This document shows positions 32,830-42,121 of a stretch of 64,000 nt of DNA, piece by piece. The position numbers and the translations under genes were made by a program. Positions within the stretch are counted from its first letter, which is position 1; each line of letters opens with the position of its first letter. This stretch comes from an uncultured Acidobacteriota bacterium (GTDB lineage: Bacteria > Acidobacteriota > Terriglobia > UBA7540): NCBI GenBank assembly GCA_963804995.1, contig CAWDSK010000002.1:544001-608000 (forward strand), written 5' to 3'. The notes under the pieces were generated by a model. That model saw only the letters and a list, made by a program, of their open reading frames with translations, did not search any database and had not been told where the DNA came from.

Positions 32830-34105
32830 ATGATGACGAGACGGAAGCTTTTGCAGACGTTCAGGACCCGCGCTGGTCGGCGCGATGGCACTGCCGGCGC
32901 TTGCGGAGGCCATTCAGACCTCGAGCCGGACCTACCAGCGGCCGAAACTGAAGATCACTGACGTCCGGACGGCCATGGTGCTTGTGCACGGCCCCCAGGC
33001 GCATATCCGGATTTACACCGATCAAGGTCTGGTCGGGCTAGGCGAATCCACGGATGCGGCCGAAGGTACTCCGGCGTTGATCCACAGCTTCAGGGACGCC
33101 CTCATCGGTAAAGACCCGCTAAACGTTGAGGCGATCTGGGAGGAACTGCGAAGGAATGTCTTCTCCGGCGCGCAGGGCGGACAGTACATGACGGCGCTCA
33201 GCGGGCTTGAGATCGCGCTGTGGGACCTGGCGGGAAAGGCGCTCGGCATGCCGGTATACCAACTTCTGGGCGGCAAGTTCCGGGATAAGGTCCGGATATA
33301 CTTGGACACCGACATGGAGGACAACATGGGTGCGGAGGCCGAACGGAAGTTGGCCTTCGCTAAAGAGAACGGATTCTCGGCGGCCAAGATCGATATCGAC
33401 CAAGAGCAGGATCCGAACCGCTTCGACCACTTTAACCGGACGGCCAACAACGCTGAGATGGATCGCATGCTGAGAGAGGTCCAGCACGTCCGGGAAAGAC
33501 TCGATGCGAAAATCGAACTCGGCGTGGACATGCACGCGTTCTACGATGCGCCGACCGGCAAACGCGTCGCCAAGGAACTGGAACCTCTCCGTTTACTGTG
33601 GCTGGAAGAACCTGTGCCAGCGGAAAACATCGAAGCCATGGCGGAGATTAAGCGCTCGACGAATACGCCCATTGCGTGCGGCGAGAACCTGTATATGCGC
33701 TGGGGCTACCAGGAGCTGATGGAGAAGCGGGCGGTGGACATCATCCAACCCGACTTTCAGAAGGCGGGCGGTTTGGCGGAAGCGAAAAAGATTGCGAACC
33801 TGGCAGAGACCTATTACATCCCGGTCGCGCCGCATTGTGTCGTCTCCCCGGTGGGATTAATGGCTTCGGTGCACGTCTGTGCGACCTTTCCGAATTTTCT
33901 GGCTCTCGAATGGCACTGGGTGAATTATCCGGATCTCTGGAAGAATTGGGTCAAGGAAGGGGAGATTATCGAAAAAGGATTCGTTACGGTTCCGGACCGG
34001 CCCGGCCTGGGGGTTGAGATGAACGACGAAGTGGCGAAGAAGGCGCAAATGCCGGGCACGTCGTGGTTCGAGCCCCATGGCGCGGAATCATGGGGTGCAA
34101 GCTAG
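32830..34105 (+). CDS. Mandelate racemase/enolase-superfamily dehydratase with Tat-like leader; +1 frameshift at about 32860
   Basis: Corrected leader MMTRRKLLQTSGPALVGAM; EIALWDLAGK, KID, WLEEP, GENL, APH. Confidence 0.85.
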
Positions 34106-34161
34106 CCAATGTCCATAACGCCGGCGGATCGGCCGGCACTTTACCATCGAGGGAGAATATC

Positions 34162-35040
34162 ATGACCATGCCGAAATCTGCGGTTGTTGTATTGGCGAGC
34201 CTGGCCGTGCTGGTGCCGGCGCGCGCCCAGGTGTTCAAATTGACGCGGGACCAGATGATCCAGTACACCGCGAACAATCCTTTCGACCGTTTTCCGGACG
34301 GGCGCCCGAAAGTTCCGGACTCGATTCTGGAGCGAGTGAAAGGTATGTCGGCTGAAGAAGTATTCGGGATTGAGGAGCAGGGCTACCCCAGCCAGTTCGA
34401 CGGCAATTGGAAAATCGTGAAGCCCGACAAGATGTTGGTGGGACGCGCGGTCACCCTCCTGCTCATGCCCTTGCGGCCGGAGGTAGCCTCCGTGGATTCA
34501 ACCGGCTTGCCCTCCAACGCTCCCCCCGAGCGCCAGATCACGCATCAGACAGCCCTCAACCTATTGCAGCCGGGTGATGTGATTGTCATGGATGCGCGTG
34601 CCATTTCGGGCGGAATTATCGGTGACAACCTGGCGACCTACATTCACGACAAGGGCGCGGGGTTCGTCATCGACGGTGATATCCGGGACCTGGACGGGAT
34701 TATGGAAATCGACATGACCGGATATTATCGCCGCGCCGTTCCGTCGTACCTTAACAACTGCATGGTGGCCGGCATCAACATCCCGGTGACCATCGGTAAG
34801 GTAACGGTCATGCCCGGCGACGTGGTGTTGGGAGATCGCGAGGGTGTCTATTTTATTCCCCCGCAATTGGCGAAAAAGGTCGTGGAAGAGGCCGATGAAA
34901 CGCACATCCACGACGCGTGGACCAAGATGAAGTTCGGTGAGGGGAAATATAAGTCAACGGATATTTATCCCAGCCCCACCGACCCAGCGCTCATCAAGGA
35001 ATACCAGGAGTATCTGAAGAAACATCTGAAGAAGCATTAG
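34162..35040 (+). CDS. RraA/HMG-aldolase family protein with signal peptide
   Basis: RFPDGRPKV, LVGRAVT, IRDL, PGDVVLGDREGV. Confidence 0.8.
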   Translation: MTMPKSAVVVLASLAVLVPARAQVFKLTRDQMIQYTANNPFDRFPDGRPKVPDSILERVKGMSAEEVFGIEEQGYPSQFDGNWKIVKPDKMLVGRAVTLLLMPLRPEVASVDSTGLPSNAPPERQITHQTALNLLQPGDVIVMDARAISGGIIGDNLATYIHDKGAGFVIDGDIRDLDGIMEIDMTGYYRRAVPSYLNNCMVAGINIPVTIGKVTVMPGDVVLGDREGVYFIPPQLAKKVVEEADETHIHDAWTKMKFGEGKYKSTDIYPSPTDPALIKEYQEYLKKHLKKH

Positions 35041-35096
35041 TGCCAGCCCGGGGCTGCCCCAATTAGCGAATACTCTCACCGTGCCCTTGCGGTAAG

Positions 35097-35212
35097 TTTC
35101 GGAGTGCGGGAGCTTGCTCCCGCTTTTTCCACGGCTGACTCGTCAGCGGTGGAGGCATCGCCGCATCGAGTTGCGGCGAGAGAAAGCGGCGACGAGTCGC
35201 CGCACTCCGAAA
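35097..35212. repeat. REP doublet (GGAGTGCG family)
   Basis: TTTCGGAGTGCG...CGCACTCCGAAA with internal hairpins; related copy at 61331-61444. Confidence 0.7.
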
Positions 35213-35239
35213 CACGAACCTGCACCCGCCGATTTTTAA

Positions 35240-36112
35240 TCAAAGCCGTCCGAACACGCGCACCGCTTCCTCGATGGATTTATGTTGCTCGATGACGGGG
35301 TACATGGAATGCTCTTTGAAGTCCATCTGCTGAGCCAGGGCCAGCACCTGCGTCAACTGGTCTTGCGGAACCACCACCACGCCATCACTGTCCGCCACCA
35401 CCAGATCGTGGGGGTTAACCGGAACGCCATCACAGGTAATCGGAATGTTGGCGCCGGCGAAGCGGTAATGATTCGCGGAAGTAGAGGGCACGGGGCCGAG
35501 CGCGTAAACGGGAAACTGGATCTTCCTCAGGTAAGCGGTATCACGCACTCCACCATCGATGACGGCCCCGGCAAAATCGCGTGCGGACATGGCGGTTCCC
35601 ATCAGCCCACCCATGCCGGCGATGTCGGCTCCGTCTTCGACGGACATGACGTAAACTGAGTTGGGAGCGCCTTGGTCAATCGCGGTGAGCATGCCGTTGA
35701 GCGCCTGCGATCCCTGTCCTTCTTGTTTCTTCAAAGCCACGGTGACGGCGTAGCCGGCAAATTTGGCCGTAAAAATGGGCTGCATCCGATGCGTCATGTA
35801 CATTCGGCGTCCAGTGATTTGTTCCAAAGCGTCGGAAACCGAGGCCACTTCCACGTGACGGTATGCCTCCAACAGGGCTTCAGCGGACGCGCCGGGGCCG
35901 GGATTGGCGGCGAGCGGCGGGATAGTCACAAGCCGGGCTCCCCGGTGCTGGGCAGGCGAAACAAGCCCGGCAGTTTCAGAAGTCATAGTGGATCGGGTTG
36001 GTTGCAGTTGCGCGAATAAGAGCCATCCTTTTACGAGCAGCCCTCCCGCCAGGCAAGCCGTGGCCAGGAAAGCACAACGCTTCAGGTTGAGGTGCGAAAG
36101 CGGTAGTTTCAC
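35240..36112 (-). CDS. RraA/HMG-aldolase family protein with signal peptide
   Basis: VSDAL, GGLM, IDGGVRD, DLVVADSDGVVVVP. Confidence 0.8.
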   Translation of the reverse strand: MKLPLSHLNLKRCAFLATACLAGGLLVKGWLLFAQLQPTRSTMTSETAGLVSPAQHRGARLVTIPPLAANPGPGASAEALLEAYRHVEVASVSDALEQITGRRMYMTHRMQPIFTAKFAGYAVTVALKKQEGQGSQALNGMLTAIDQGAPNSVYVMSVEDGADIAGMGGLMGTAMSARDFAGAVIDGGVRDTAYLRKIQFPVYALGPVPSTSANHYRFAGANIPITCDGVPVNPHDLVVADSDGVVVVPQDQLTQVLALAQQMDFKEHSMYPVIEQHKSIEEAVRVFGRL

Positions 36113-36257
36113 GGGGTCCTCCAGATATCAGTGGTTTCACTCGATACAATGGCAAAGGTTAGCGATTATAGCCCACAGGCGCAACGGGGTTCGGAAGATT
36201 TGTGAAGTGATTAATCGTGGTTTCGGTCTTCCTGCTAAAGGGTGAGGGGTCAGTTTT

Positions 36258-36382
36258 GTAGCGCGGTCCCCCGTTTTTGGGGTCCGCGGCTCTTCATCTG
36301 AAAACTCTAAACCCGGCCGTGGTTTCTTCACATTCGTTCAAATGGCGCGCGAAGAACCGCAGACCTCAACGGCGGAGGTCTG
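36258..36382. repeat. REPIN family A, 5' part, interrupted by the intron (3' part resumes at 38296)
   Basis: GTAGCGCGGTCCCCCGTTTTTGGGGTCCGCGG...CCGCAGACCTCAACGGCGGAGGTCTG|. Confidence 0.9.
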
Positions 36383-38295
36383 GTGCGCCGGGATAAACCG
36401 GCAGAAAGCAGAGAATGAAAATTTCTCACGAGGAAGGAGCAGCGATCCACTCGGCCCCGAGTTTTGCGCTGGGCGTCGTGAGGCGCACGGTGAAGCGTAA
36501 ACAGGGGAATAGGTGGGCTGGGTATTGAGCTTCGAAAATGTCCAATCAGGACGCCGACGTTTTCAGACTAAACGGAAGGCAACATGAGGCCGGGACGCCA
36601 ACGCGAGTTCCGGCACAGTCCTGCGTAGTCGTAGACCCCAGACACGCCTAGACACTTTCTGCACGAGAACCGGGAGACCTCGGAGGCGCCGGCCGCCGTA
36701 GATCGTGGCCGGACGGCGGGAAAAGGCGATGGCCGTACAGCCCGCCTGCACGCTTTCGAGGAGTCGGACAGCGGAACAGTACCGATGAATCATTTGAACA
36801 AAGACGGGAAGCCGTTGGCGGAGAATGAGGAGGGAAGGCCGCTGATCAAGGAGAACACCCGTTGGCCTAACACGCACCCGACACAGAGCGGGGCACGCGT
36901 GTCCCAGGGACTCGCGGGTGTGCGGAAAGCCGCGAAGGAACACAGGGAGATGAAGTTCACGGCCTTGCTCCACCACTTAACGGTCGATCTGCTGCGGGAA
37001 AGCTTTTACGCCTTGAAGCGAAAAGCTGCACCGGGAGTAGACGGCATGACGTGGCAGGAGTATGAAAGCGGGCTGGAAGGTCGACTCGTCGATCTGCACA
37101 GCCGGGTCCACCGCGGAGCATTCCGAGCGAAGCCCTCGCGAAGGGCGTATATCCCGAAAGGCGACGGGCGGCAACGTCCGTTGGGGGTTGCGGCACTGGA
37201 GGACAAGATCGTCCAACAGGCCGTGGTCACCATCCTCAAGGCGATTTACGAGGAAGACTTTCTGGGCTTCTCGTATGGCTTTCGACCGGGACGCAGCCAG
37301 CATCAAGCGCTGGACGCGCTCTCGTACGCGCTCACGGTGAAGCACGTGAACTACGTTCTTGACGCGGACATTCGTGGATTTTTCGATTCGATATCCCACG
37401 AATGGATGCTCAAGTTCGTGCAGCATCGCGTCGCCGACCCCCGGATTCTCCGGCTCATCCAGAAATGGCTGAAAGCCGGGGTGAGGGAGGAAGGCGAATG
37501 GTCGGAGACGGAGATGGGTACGCCACAAGGGGCGGTGGTCTCGCCCCTGCTGGCGAATATCTATCTGCACTACGTCTTTGACCTGTGGGTGCAGGCGTGG
37601 CGCAAGAAGCACGCCCGGGGAGACGTGGTCGTGGTGCGGTATGCCGACGATACGGTCCTTGGATTCCAATCGCAGACGGAAGCCGACCGCTTTCTGGAGG
37701 ATTTCCGGGAGCGGGTGGGGAAGTTTGGATTGGAACTGCATCCTGACAAAACGCGCCGGATCGAGTTCGGGCCGTTTGCCGAACTTTACCGGAAACGGAG
37801 AGGAGAAGGTAAGCCGGAGACGTTCGACTTTCTGGGCTTCACGCATATCAGCGGGAAGAACCGGAGGGGGCAATTTACCGTGAAGCGGAAGACGATCAGC
37901 AAGCGCCTGCGGGGGAAGTTGCAGGAACTCAAGCAACAACTCCGGCAGCGTCGGCACGATCCCATCGCGGATACGGGTAAATGGCTCCGGTCGGTCGTGC
38001 AAGGCTACTTCAACTATCACGCGGTACCGGGAAACCTCGACCGCCTGCGAATCTTTCGGGAACGGTTGACCCGACTGTGGCGAACACAACTGCGTCAACG
38101 CAGTCAACGCCACCGCCTCAACTGGGACCGACTGGGGAAGCTTGCGGCCTGCTGGTTGCCTGCTCCGCACGTTGTGCATCCTTGGCCATCCCAACGGTTC
38201 GCCGCCACACATCCGAGATAAGAGCCGTATGCGCTAACCAGCGCACGTACGGATCCGTGCGGGGGGTACCGGGTAACCGGTATCCCTACCGCAAC
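36383..38295 (+). mobile_element. Full-length group II intron (IIB-like, probably bacterial class E)
   Basis: 5' GTGCG; domain V GAGCCGTATGCG...CGCACGTACGGATC at 38222-38255; domain VI ending AAC; exon rejoin restores GGAGGTCTG|CGCTAC. Confidence 0.93.
36785..38221 (+). CDS. ltrA: Group II intron reverse transcriptase/maturase without endonuclease domain
   Basis: APGVDG, IPK.DGRQRPLG, SYGFRPGRS, GTPQG, RYADD, FDFLGF; ends after domain X. Confidence 0.95.
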   Translation: MNHLNKDGKPLAENEEGRPLIKENTRWPNTHPTQSGARVSQGLAGVRKAAKEHREMKFTALLHHLTVDLLRESFYALKRKAAPGVDGMTWQEYESGLEGRLVDLHSRVHRGAFRAKPSRRAYIPKGDGRQRPLGVAALEDKIVQQAVVTILKAIYEEDFLGFSYGFRPGRSQHQALDALSYALTVKHVNYVLDADIRGFFDSISHEWMLKFVQHRVADPRILRLIQKWLKAGVREEGEWSETEMGTPQGAVVSPLLANIYLHYVFDLWVQAWRKKHARGDVVVVRYADDTVLGFQSQTEADRFLEDFRERVGKFGLELHPDKTRRIEFGPFAELYRKRRGEGKPETFDFLGFTHISGKNRRGQFTVKRKTISKRLRGKLQELKQQLRQRRHDPIADTGKWLRSVVQGYFNYHAVPGNLDRLRIFRERLTRLWRTQLRQRSQRHRLNWDRLGKLAACWLPAPHVVHPWPSQRFAATHPR

Positions 38296-38914
38296 CGCTA
38301 CACCCCTTGGCCATCCAGGGAGGAACGGTCAGCAAACCACTGAGCGTGGCTACCCGCTGCTCCGTAGCGCGGTCCCCCGTTTTTGGGGTCCGCGGCACTT
38401 CATTTGAAAACTCTAAACCCGGCCCTGGCTTCTTCACATTTGTTCCAATGGCGCACGAAGAACCGCAGACATCAACGGCGGAGGTCTGCGCTACACCCCT
38501 TGGCCATCCAGGGAGGAACGGTCAGCAAACCACTGAGCGTGGCTACCCGCTGCTCCGTAGCGCGGTCCCCCGTTTTTGGGGTCCGCGGCTCTTCCTTTGA
38601 AAACTCGAAAATCCTAAACCTGGGTGACGGTTTCTCCGCCACGCTACATTTGGTGAAATGACACACGAAGAACCGCAGACCTCAACAGCGGAGGTCTGCG
38701 CTACACCCCTTGGCCATCCAGGGAGGAACGGTCAGCAAACCACTGAGCGTGGCTACCCGCTGCTCCGTAGCGCGGTCCCCCGTTTTTGGGGTCCGCGGCA
38801 CTTCATTTGAAAACTCGAAAATCCCAAACCCGGGCGGCGGTTTCTTCGCCTCAATACATTTGTTTCAATGGCGCCCGAAGAACCGCAGACCTCAACGGCG
38901 GAGGTCTGCGCTAC
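38296..38914. repeat. Tandem array of family A REPINs with family B half-arms (units begin 38364, 38557, 38767)
   Basis: Periods of 193 and 210 bp; near-identical arms and linker, diverged related spacers. Confidence 0.9.
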
Positions 38915-38969
38915 ACCCGCAACCCGCCTGAAAACGAGACAACCTTTGGGTGGGAGAACAATGGTTCGC

Positions 38970-40175
38970 TCAGAGAAGGCCGAAGCGAAGGAGCAGGAGC
39001 CCCAGGCAAAAGGCGGCCAGCATCCCGCCTCCAAAAATCATCAACTGCGACCGCATCTGCATCATGATGTTGACGCCCGGCCGGGTCAGGGCGGAAATGA
39101 GGTAGGTGGGTTCATTTGCCCCCTTGTGAATCAGATTGCGGTCACTCAAATCCTTGGCCGCGGGATTCTGGGCGCACGTACCGCTGATATCGTAGTCATG
39201 GTCAGGCAGGATGCAACACTCGGTGAGGCGATACCGGCCGGAAGCGAGCGGGTGGTCGGGCGAGAATGGGGGGTCGGCAGCCGGCAGTGGATCGACAGCG
39301 GGCGGACTGGCAACCGGGGCTGCCCCATCGCTCCTCGGCGGGTCCGGCTGAGGCAGGGCAACACGACTGACCAGGCCCAGCTTTCTATTCCGGTCTTGCA
39401 TTTGGACGATGCGTTGTCTCAGCTCATCGTATTTGGGATCCCAGAAAGGATACTTATTGAGTTCGATCAGGGCGAGTCGGACTTCCTCTCGGCGGGGATC
39501 GGACAATGGCCCTTCGGCCTCCAGCCCTTGTTGCATCTTCGCCCGCATCTGCACCACCTGGGGCCCGAGCAACCCCTGGAACAGCTCTTCCTGGGTGCTT
39601 TGATGCTTCATATACTTGGCTATGGCGTCATGCGCCCCTACCATTCCGAGAGGGTGATGGAGTCCCTGTATCTTGGGGGTCATACCCACGCGCGCCACGT
39701 AGGCGAGTAAATCCCGGTCGGAAACGCCGCCGACGGCGAGGCTCGAAGCCGTCGTGCTCGAGACCTCACGCCTCCCTATCATCTCCAGCTCGTACTCTGC
39801 GCCGCGCGGATTCACCATCACGCGCCCCGTGGCGTCTTCGAGGTAGAACCAGTCGCCGTCAGCCGCCGCCCCATAATGCGACCATATTCCGCTGTCCTCC
39901 CCTCCCTCACTATCCTTCCTTTTCTCCCATTTCTCGATCTCGACCGTATAGAAACAGCAGGGAGTGTGACTGACGGGGCTGCTCGCGAGCCGGTCGCTCT
40001 TGGCCTTGCCGTGAATTCGCACGAAGCCCATGGCGAGGCTGCGGATGGGCGTCCCCGGCGTGTCCTGAAGCAGGCGAGACTCACGGTAGATACGGAACCC
40101 CCGGAAAAACGTTCCCATCCCGCCGAAAAACCCCACCACCAGCCCGATATCGAGATTATTGATATGCGCCGCCAT
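38970..40175 (-). CDS. GIDE-domain-like membrane protein
   Basis: N- and C-terminal TM helices; DTP.TPIRSLAMGFV.I.G, SP.S..PC..Y, FYLEDATG. Confidence 0.6.
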   Translation of the reverse strand: MAAHINNLDIGLVVGFFGGMGTFFRGFRIYRESRLLQDTPGTPIRSLAMGFVRIHGKAKSDRLASSPVSHTPCCFYTVEIEKWEKRKDSEGGEDSGIWSHYGAAADGDWFYLEDATGRVMVNPRGAEYELEMIGRREVSSTTASSLAVGGVSDRDLLAYVARVGMTPKIQGLHHPLGMVGAHDAIAKYMKHQSTQEELFQGLLGPQVVQMRAKMQQGLEAEGPLSDPRREEVRLALIELNKYPFWDPKYDELRQRIVQMQDRNRKLGLVSRVALPQPDPPRSDGAAPVASPPAVDPLPAADPPFSPDHPLASGRYRLTECCILPDHDYDISGTCAQNPAAKDLSDRNLIHKGANEPTYLISALTRPGVNIMMQMRSQLMIFGGGMLAAFCLGLLLLRFGLL

Positions 40176-40310
40176 GACAGGTTCCTTTTAGGGATAAGCC
40201 CAGGATTGGTTCGAAGGGAAGATCACATTATGGATGTCTCGGGGGGCATATACAAGGGTTTGTCGGCAAGGTCCGTAGCGCGGCGGAGCCGGAACCAAAT
40301 GAGAATCATA

Positions 40311-40382
40311 GCCCTCTCCGAGGGGAGAGGGTGGACCGCGGTCCCGATGCACTTGATCGGGACGCGGGACGGGTGAGGGGTC
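40311..40382. repeat. REP family C (CCCTCTCC..GGAGAGGG...GGGTGAGGGGTC)
   Basis: Copies at 56647-56757 and 58603-58756. Confidence 0.75.
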
Positions 40383-40546
40383 ACTTTCGGGAAGTAGCAC
40401 AATATTCTTGCTAAAAAAACAAATTACAGTATTGCATTGCAGAGTGTATGCCTTTTTGACGCTTGACGGGGTAACCCGGATTCGCTGGAGGTTATAAGTG
40501 GTGATCAGTAGTGGCACTCAACGAGCGAACAACCGCAGACCGGTCC

Positions 40547-40694
40547 GTAGCGCGGTCCCCCGTTTTTGGGGTCCGCGGCTCTTCATTTGGAAGTTCGATA
40601 ATCCTAAACCTGGGTGACGGTTTCTCCGCCACGCTACATTTGGTGAAATGACACACGAAGAACCGCAGACCTCAACAGCGGAGGTCTGCGCTAC
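40547..40694. repeat. REPIN family A
   Basis: Same arms; 3' spacer identical to the array unit at 38557. Confidence 0.9.
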
Positions 40695-40801
40695 ACTTGC
40701 TTTCCATGCCGACGCCGGTGCCTGAATTCCGCCACAAGCTCGTCTTCGTTAACGTCAGCCAACGCCTTGGCAAGCCGATCCGCGGCCGCCTCCAGTTCAG
40801 C
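40691..40801 (-). pseudogene. Probable antitoxin C-terminal remnant
   Basis: AELEAAADRLAKALADVNEDELVAEFRHRRRHGKQV*, lying between two REPINs. Confidence 0.4.
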
Positions 40802-40802
40802 G

Positions 40803-40927
40803 GGTAGCCACGGTCAGCGTTTTTCTGACCGTGGGCTTTTCTGCTGCATTATCCGAAGGGTTTGCCTTAGCCATCTAGGGAAGAACCCACGGTCAGAAAA
40901 CGTCGCTGCGGCGACACCGTGGCTACC
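40803..40927. repeat. REPIN family B
   Basis: Arms conserved; right arm has a small palindromic insertion. Confidence 0.8.
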
Positions 40928-41005
40928 AGCGCCACCCGCGCCATCCCCCAATCGAGAGAGGGCAGACGGAACAAAGCTGTTTGGATTGTAAATCCTCATC
41001 CAAAA

Positions 41006-41024
41006 TGTTATATTAAAGTATAAT
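41006..41024 (+). promoter_or_regulatory. Putative pem promoter -10 with palindromic operator
   Basis: TTATA-TTAAAG-TATAA overlapping TATAAT (41019-41024) just upstream of the RBS. Confidence 0.5.
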
Positions 41025-41038
41025 CGAGAGGAAGGGCT

Positions 41039-41296
41039 ATGCACAGAACCCATCTGCGTAAGGTCGGCGGCTCGGTCATGCTGGCGGTACCGCGCGCCGT
41101 GCTCGACCTCCTGCGCTTGCGGCCGGGAGTACAGGTCGGCCTTGCAATCGATCGCGGCCGGCTGGTGGTGGAACGGCAAAAACGCCCCCGCTACACCCTG
41201 ACCGAACTGCTCGCCCAATGCGACTCCAAGGCCCGGCGCACTAAGGAAGAACGGGAATGGCTCCGTAACAAGCCTGTGGGTCGGGAGCTGATCTGA
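41039..41296 (+). CDS. pemI: PemI antitoxin
   Basis: LRKVGGSVML.VP, RP.Y.L.ELLAQCD, EEREWL. Confidence 0.9.
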   Translation: MHRTHLRKVGGSVMLAVPRAVLDLLRLRPGVQVGLAIDRGRLVVERQKRPRYTLTELLAQCDSKARRTKEEREWLRNKPVGRELI

Positions 41297-41628
41297 TGAG
41301 ACGTGGTGATATCTGGTTGGTGGGGCTTGATCCAGCCGAAGGGCACGAGCAAAAGGGTCGACGCCCTGTCCTGATCATCTCGCCCGATGCTTTTAACCGG
41401 GTCACCAAGGTGCCCGTGGTTCTCCCCATCACCAGCGGGGGAAGTTTCGCGCGGACCGCCGGATTTGCGGTATCTCTGACCGGCGCCGGCACCAAAACCA
41501 CCGGCGTTATCCGCTGCGACCAGCCCCGCGCGCTGGATCTCGCCGCGCGCCACGGCCGAAAGTTGGAAAACGTACCCGATGCGATCCTGGACGAGGTTTT
41601 GGCGAAGGTAGCAACAATTCTTGAGTAG
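41296..41628 (+). CDS. pemK: PemK/MazF endoribonuclease toxin
   Basis: RGDIWLV.LDP..GHEQ.G.RPVLI, FARTAGFAVSL, RCDQPR. Confidence 0.92.
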   Translation: MRRGDIWLVGLDPAEGHEQKGRRPVLIISPDAFNRVTKVPVVLPITSGGSFARTAGFAVSLTGAGTKTTGVIRCDQPRALDLAARHGRKLENVPDAILDEVLAKVATILE

Positions 41629-41773
41629 CGCGGTCCCCCGTTTTTGTGGGTCCGCGGCTCTTCATTTGAAAACCCGGGAATCCTAAGTCTGGGCGATGGT
41701 TTCCCTGCCACCCTGCATTTATTCAAATCGGGCACGAAGAACCGCAGACCTCAAGGGCGGAGGTCTGCGCTAC
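41625..41773. repeat. REPIN family A
   Basis: Its GTAG cap supplies the pemK TAG stop. Confidence 0.9.
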
Positions 41774-41829
41774 GCCGCTTCTGTGGACTCGTCGGTGAGG
41801 AGTTTGCAGTGACAACACCTTTAACAGGA

Positions 41830-42056
41830 GTTTCCCAGATTGATGAATCCAAGGGAGGAATGGGGTATATTCCCGCGAGCGATCCCAGGATTCACATCTG
41901 CCTGGGTAAGCGAACGAAGCTTGACTCCCTGGAGATTACCTGGCCGGTGGACACGTCGATCGCTTGGCCAATGTGCCGATCCATCAGATCATCGCCGTCA
42001 AAGAGGGGGCAGGGATCGTGCCGCGAACTTTTCCCGGGATTGCAAGCACGAAGTGA
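41830..42056 (+). pseudogene. ASPIC/UnbV (CRTAC1-family) C-terminal remnant
   Basis: GGMGY..SDPRIH..LG...LEITWP, then in another frame GHVDRLANV...QII.VKEG. Confidence 0.55.
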
Positions 42057-42121
42057 GAAGAGATTCTTGCTTCGAAATGCCGGGTTGTTCTCAATTCTTA
42101 GCGTCAATTCCAGGGGAACAA

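Noticed and set aside
36977..38212. 411-aa antisense ORF
   Set aside because: Shadow of the RT gene; other long antisense ORFs (2597, 6515, 29401, 63095) were rejected likewise.
38296..38914. CRISPR array or DGR template next to an RT
   Set aside because: Spacers are homologous to each other, the units are REPINs, there are no cas genes, and the RT sits inside a complete group II intron.
40547..41773. Integron attC cassettes
   Set aside because: Flanks are GTAG-capped REPs without the RYYYAAC/GTTRRRY structure, and no intI is present.
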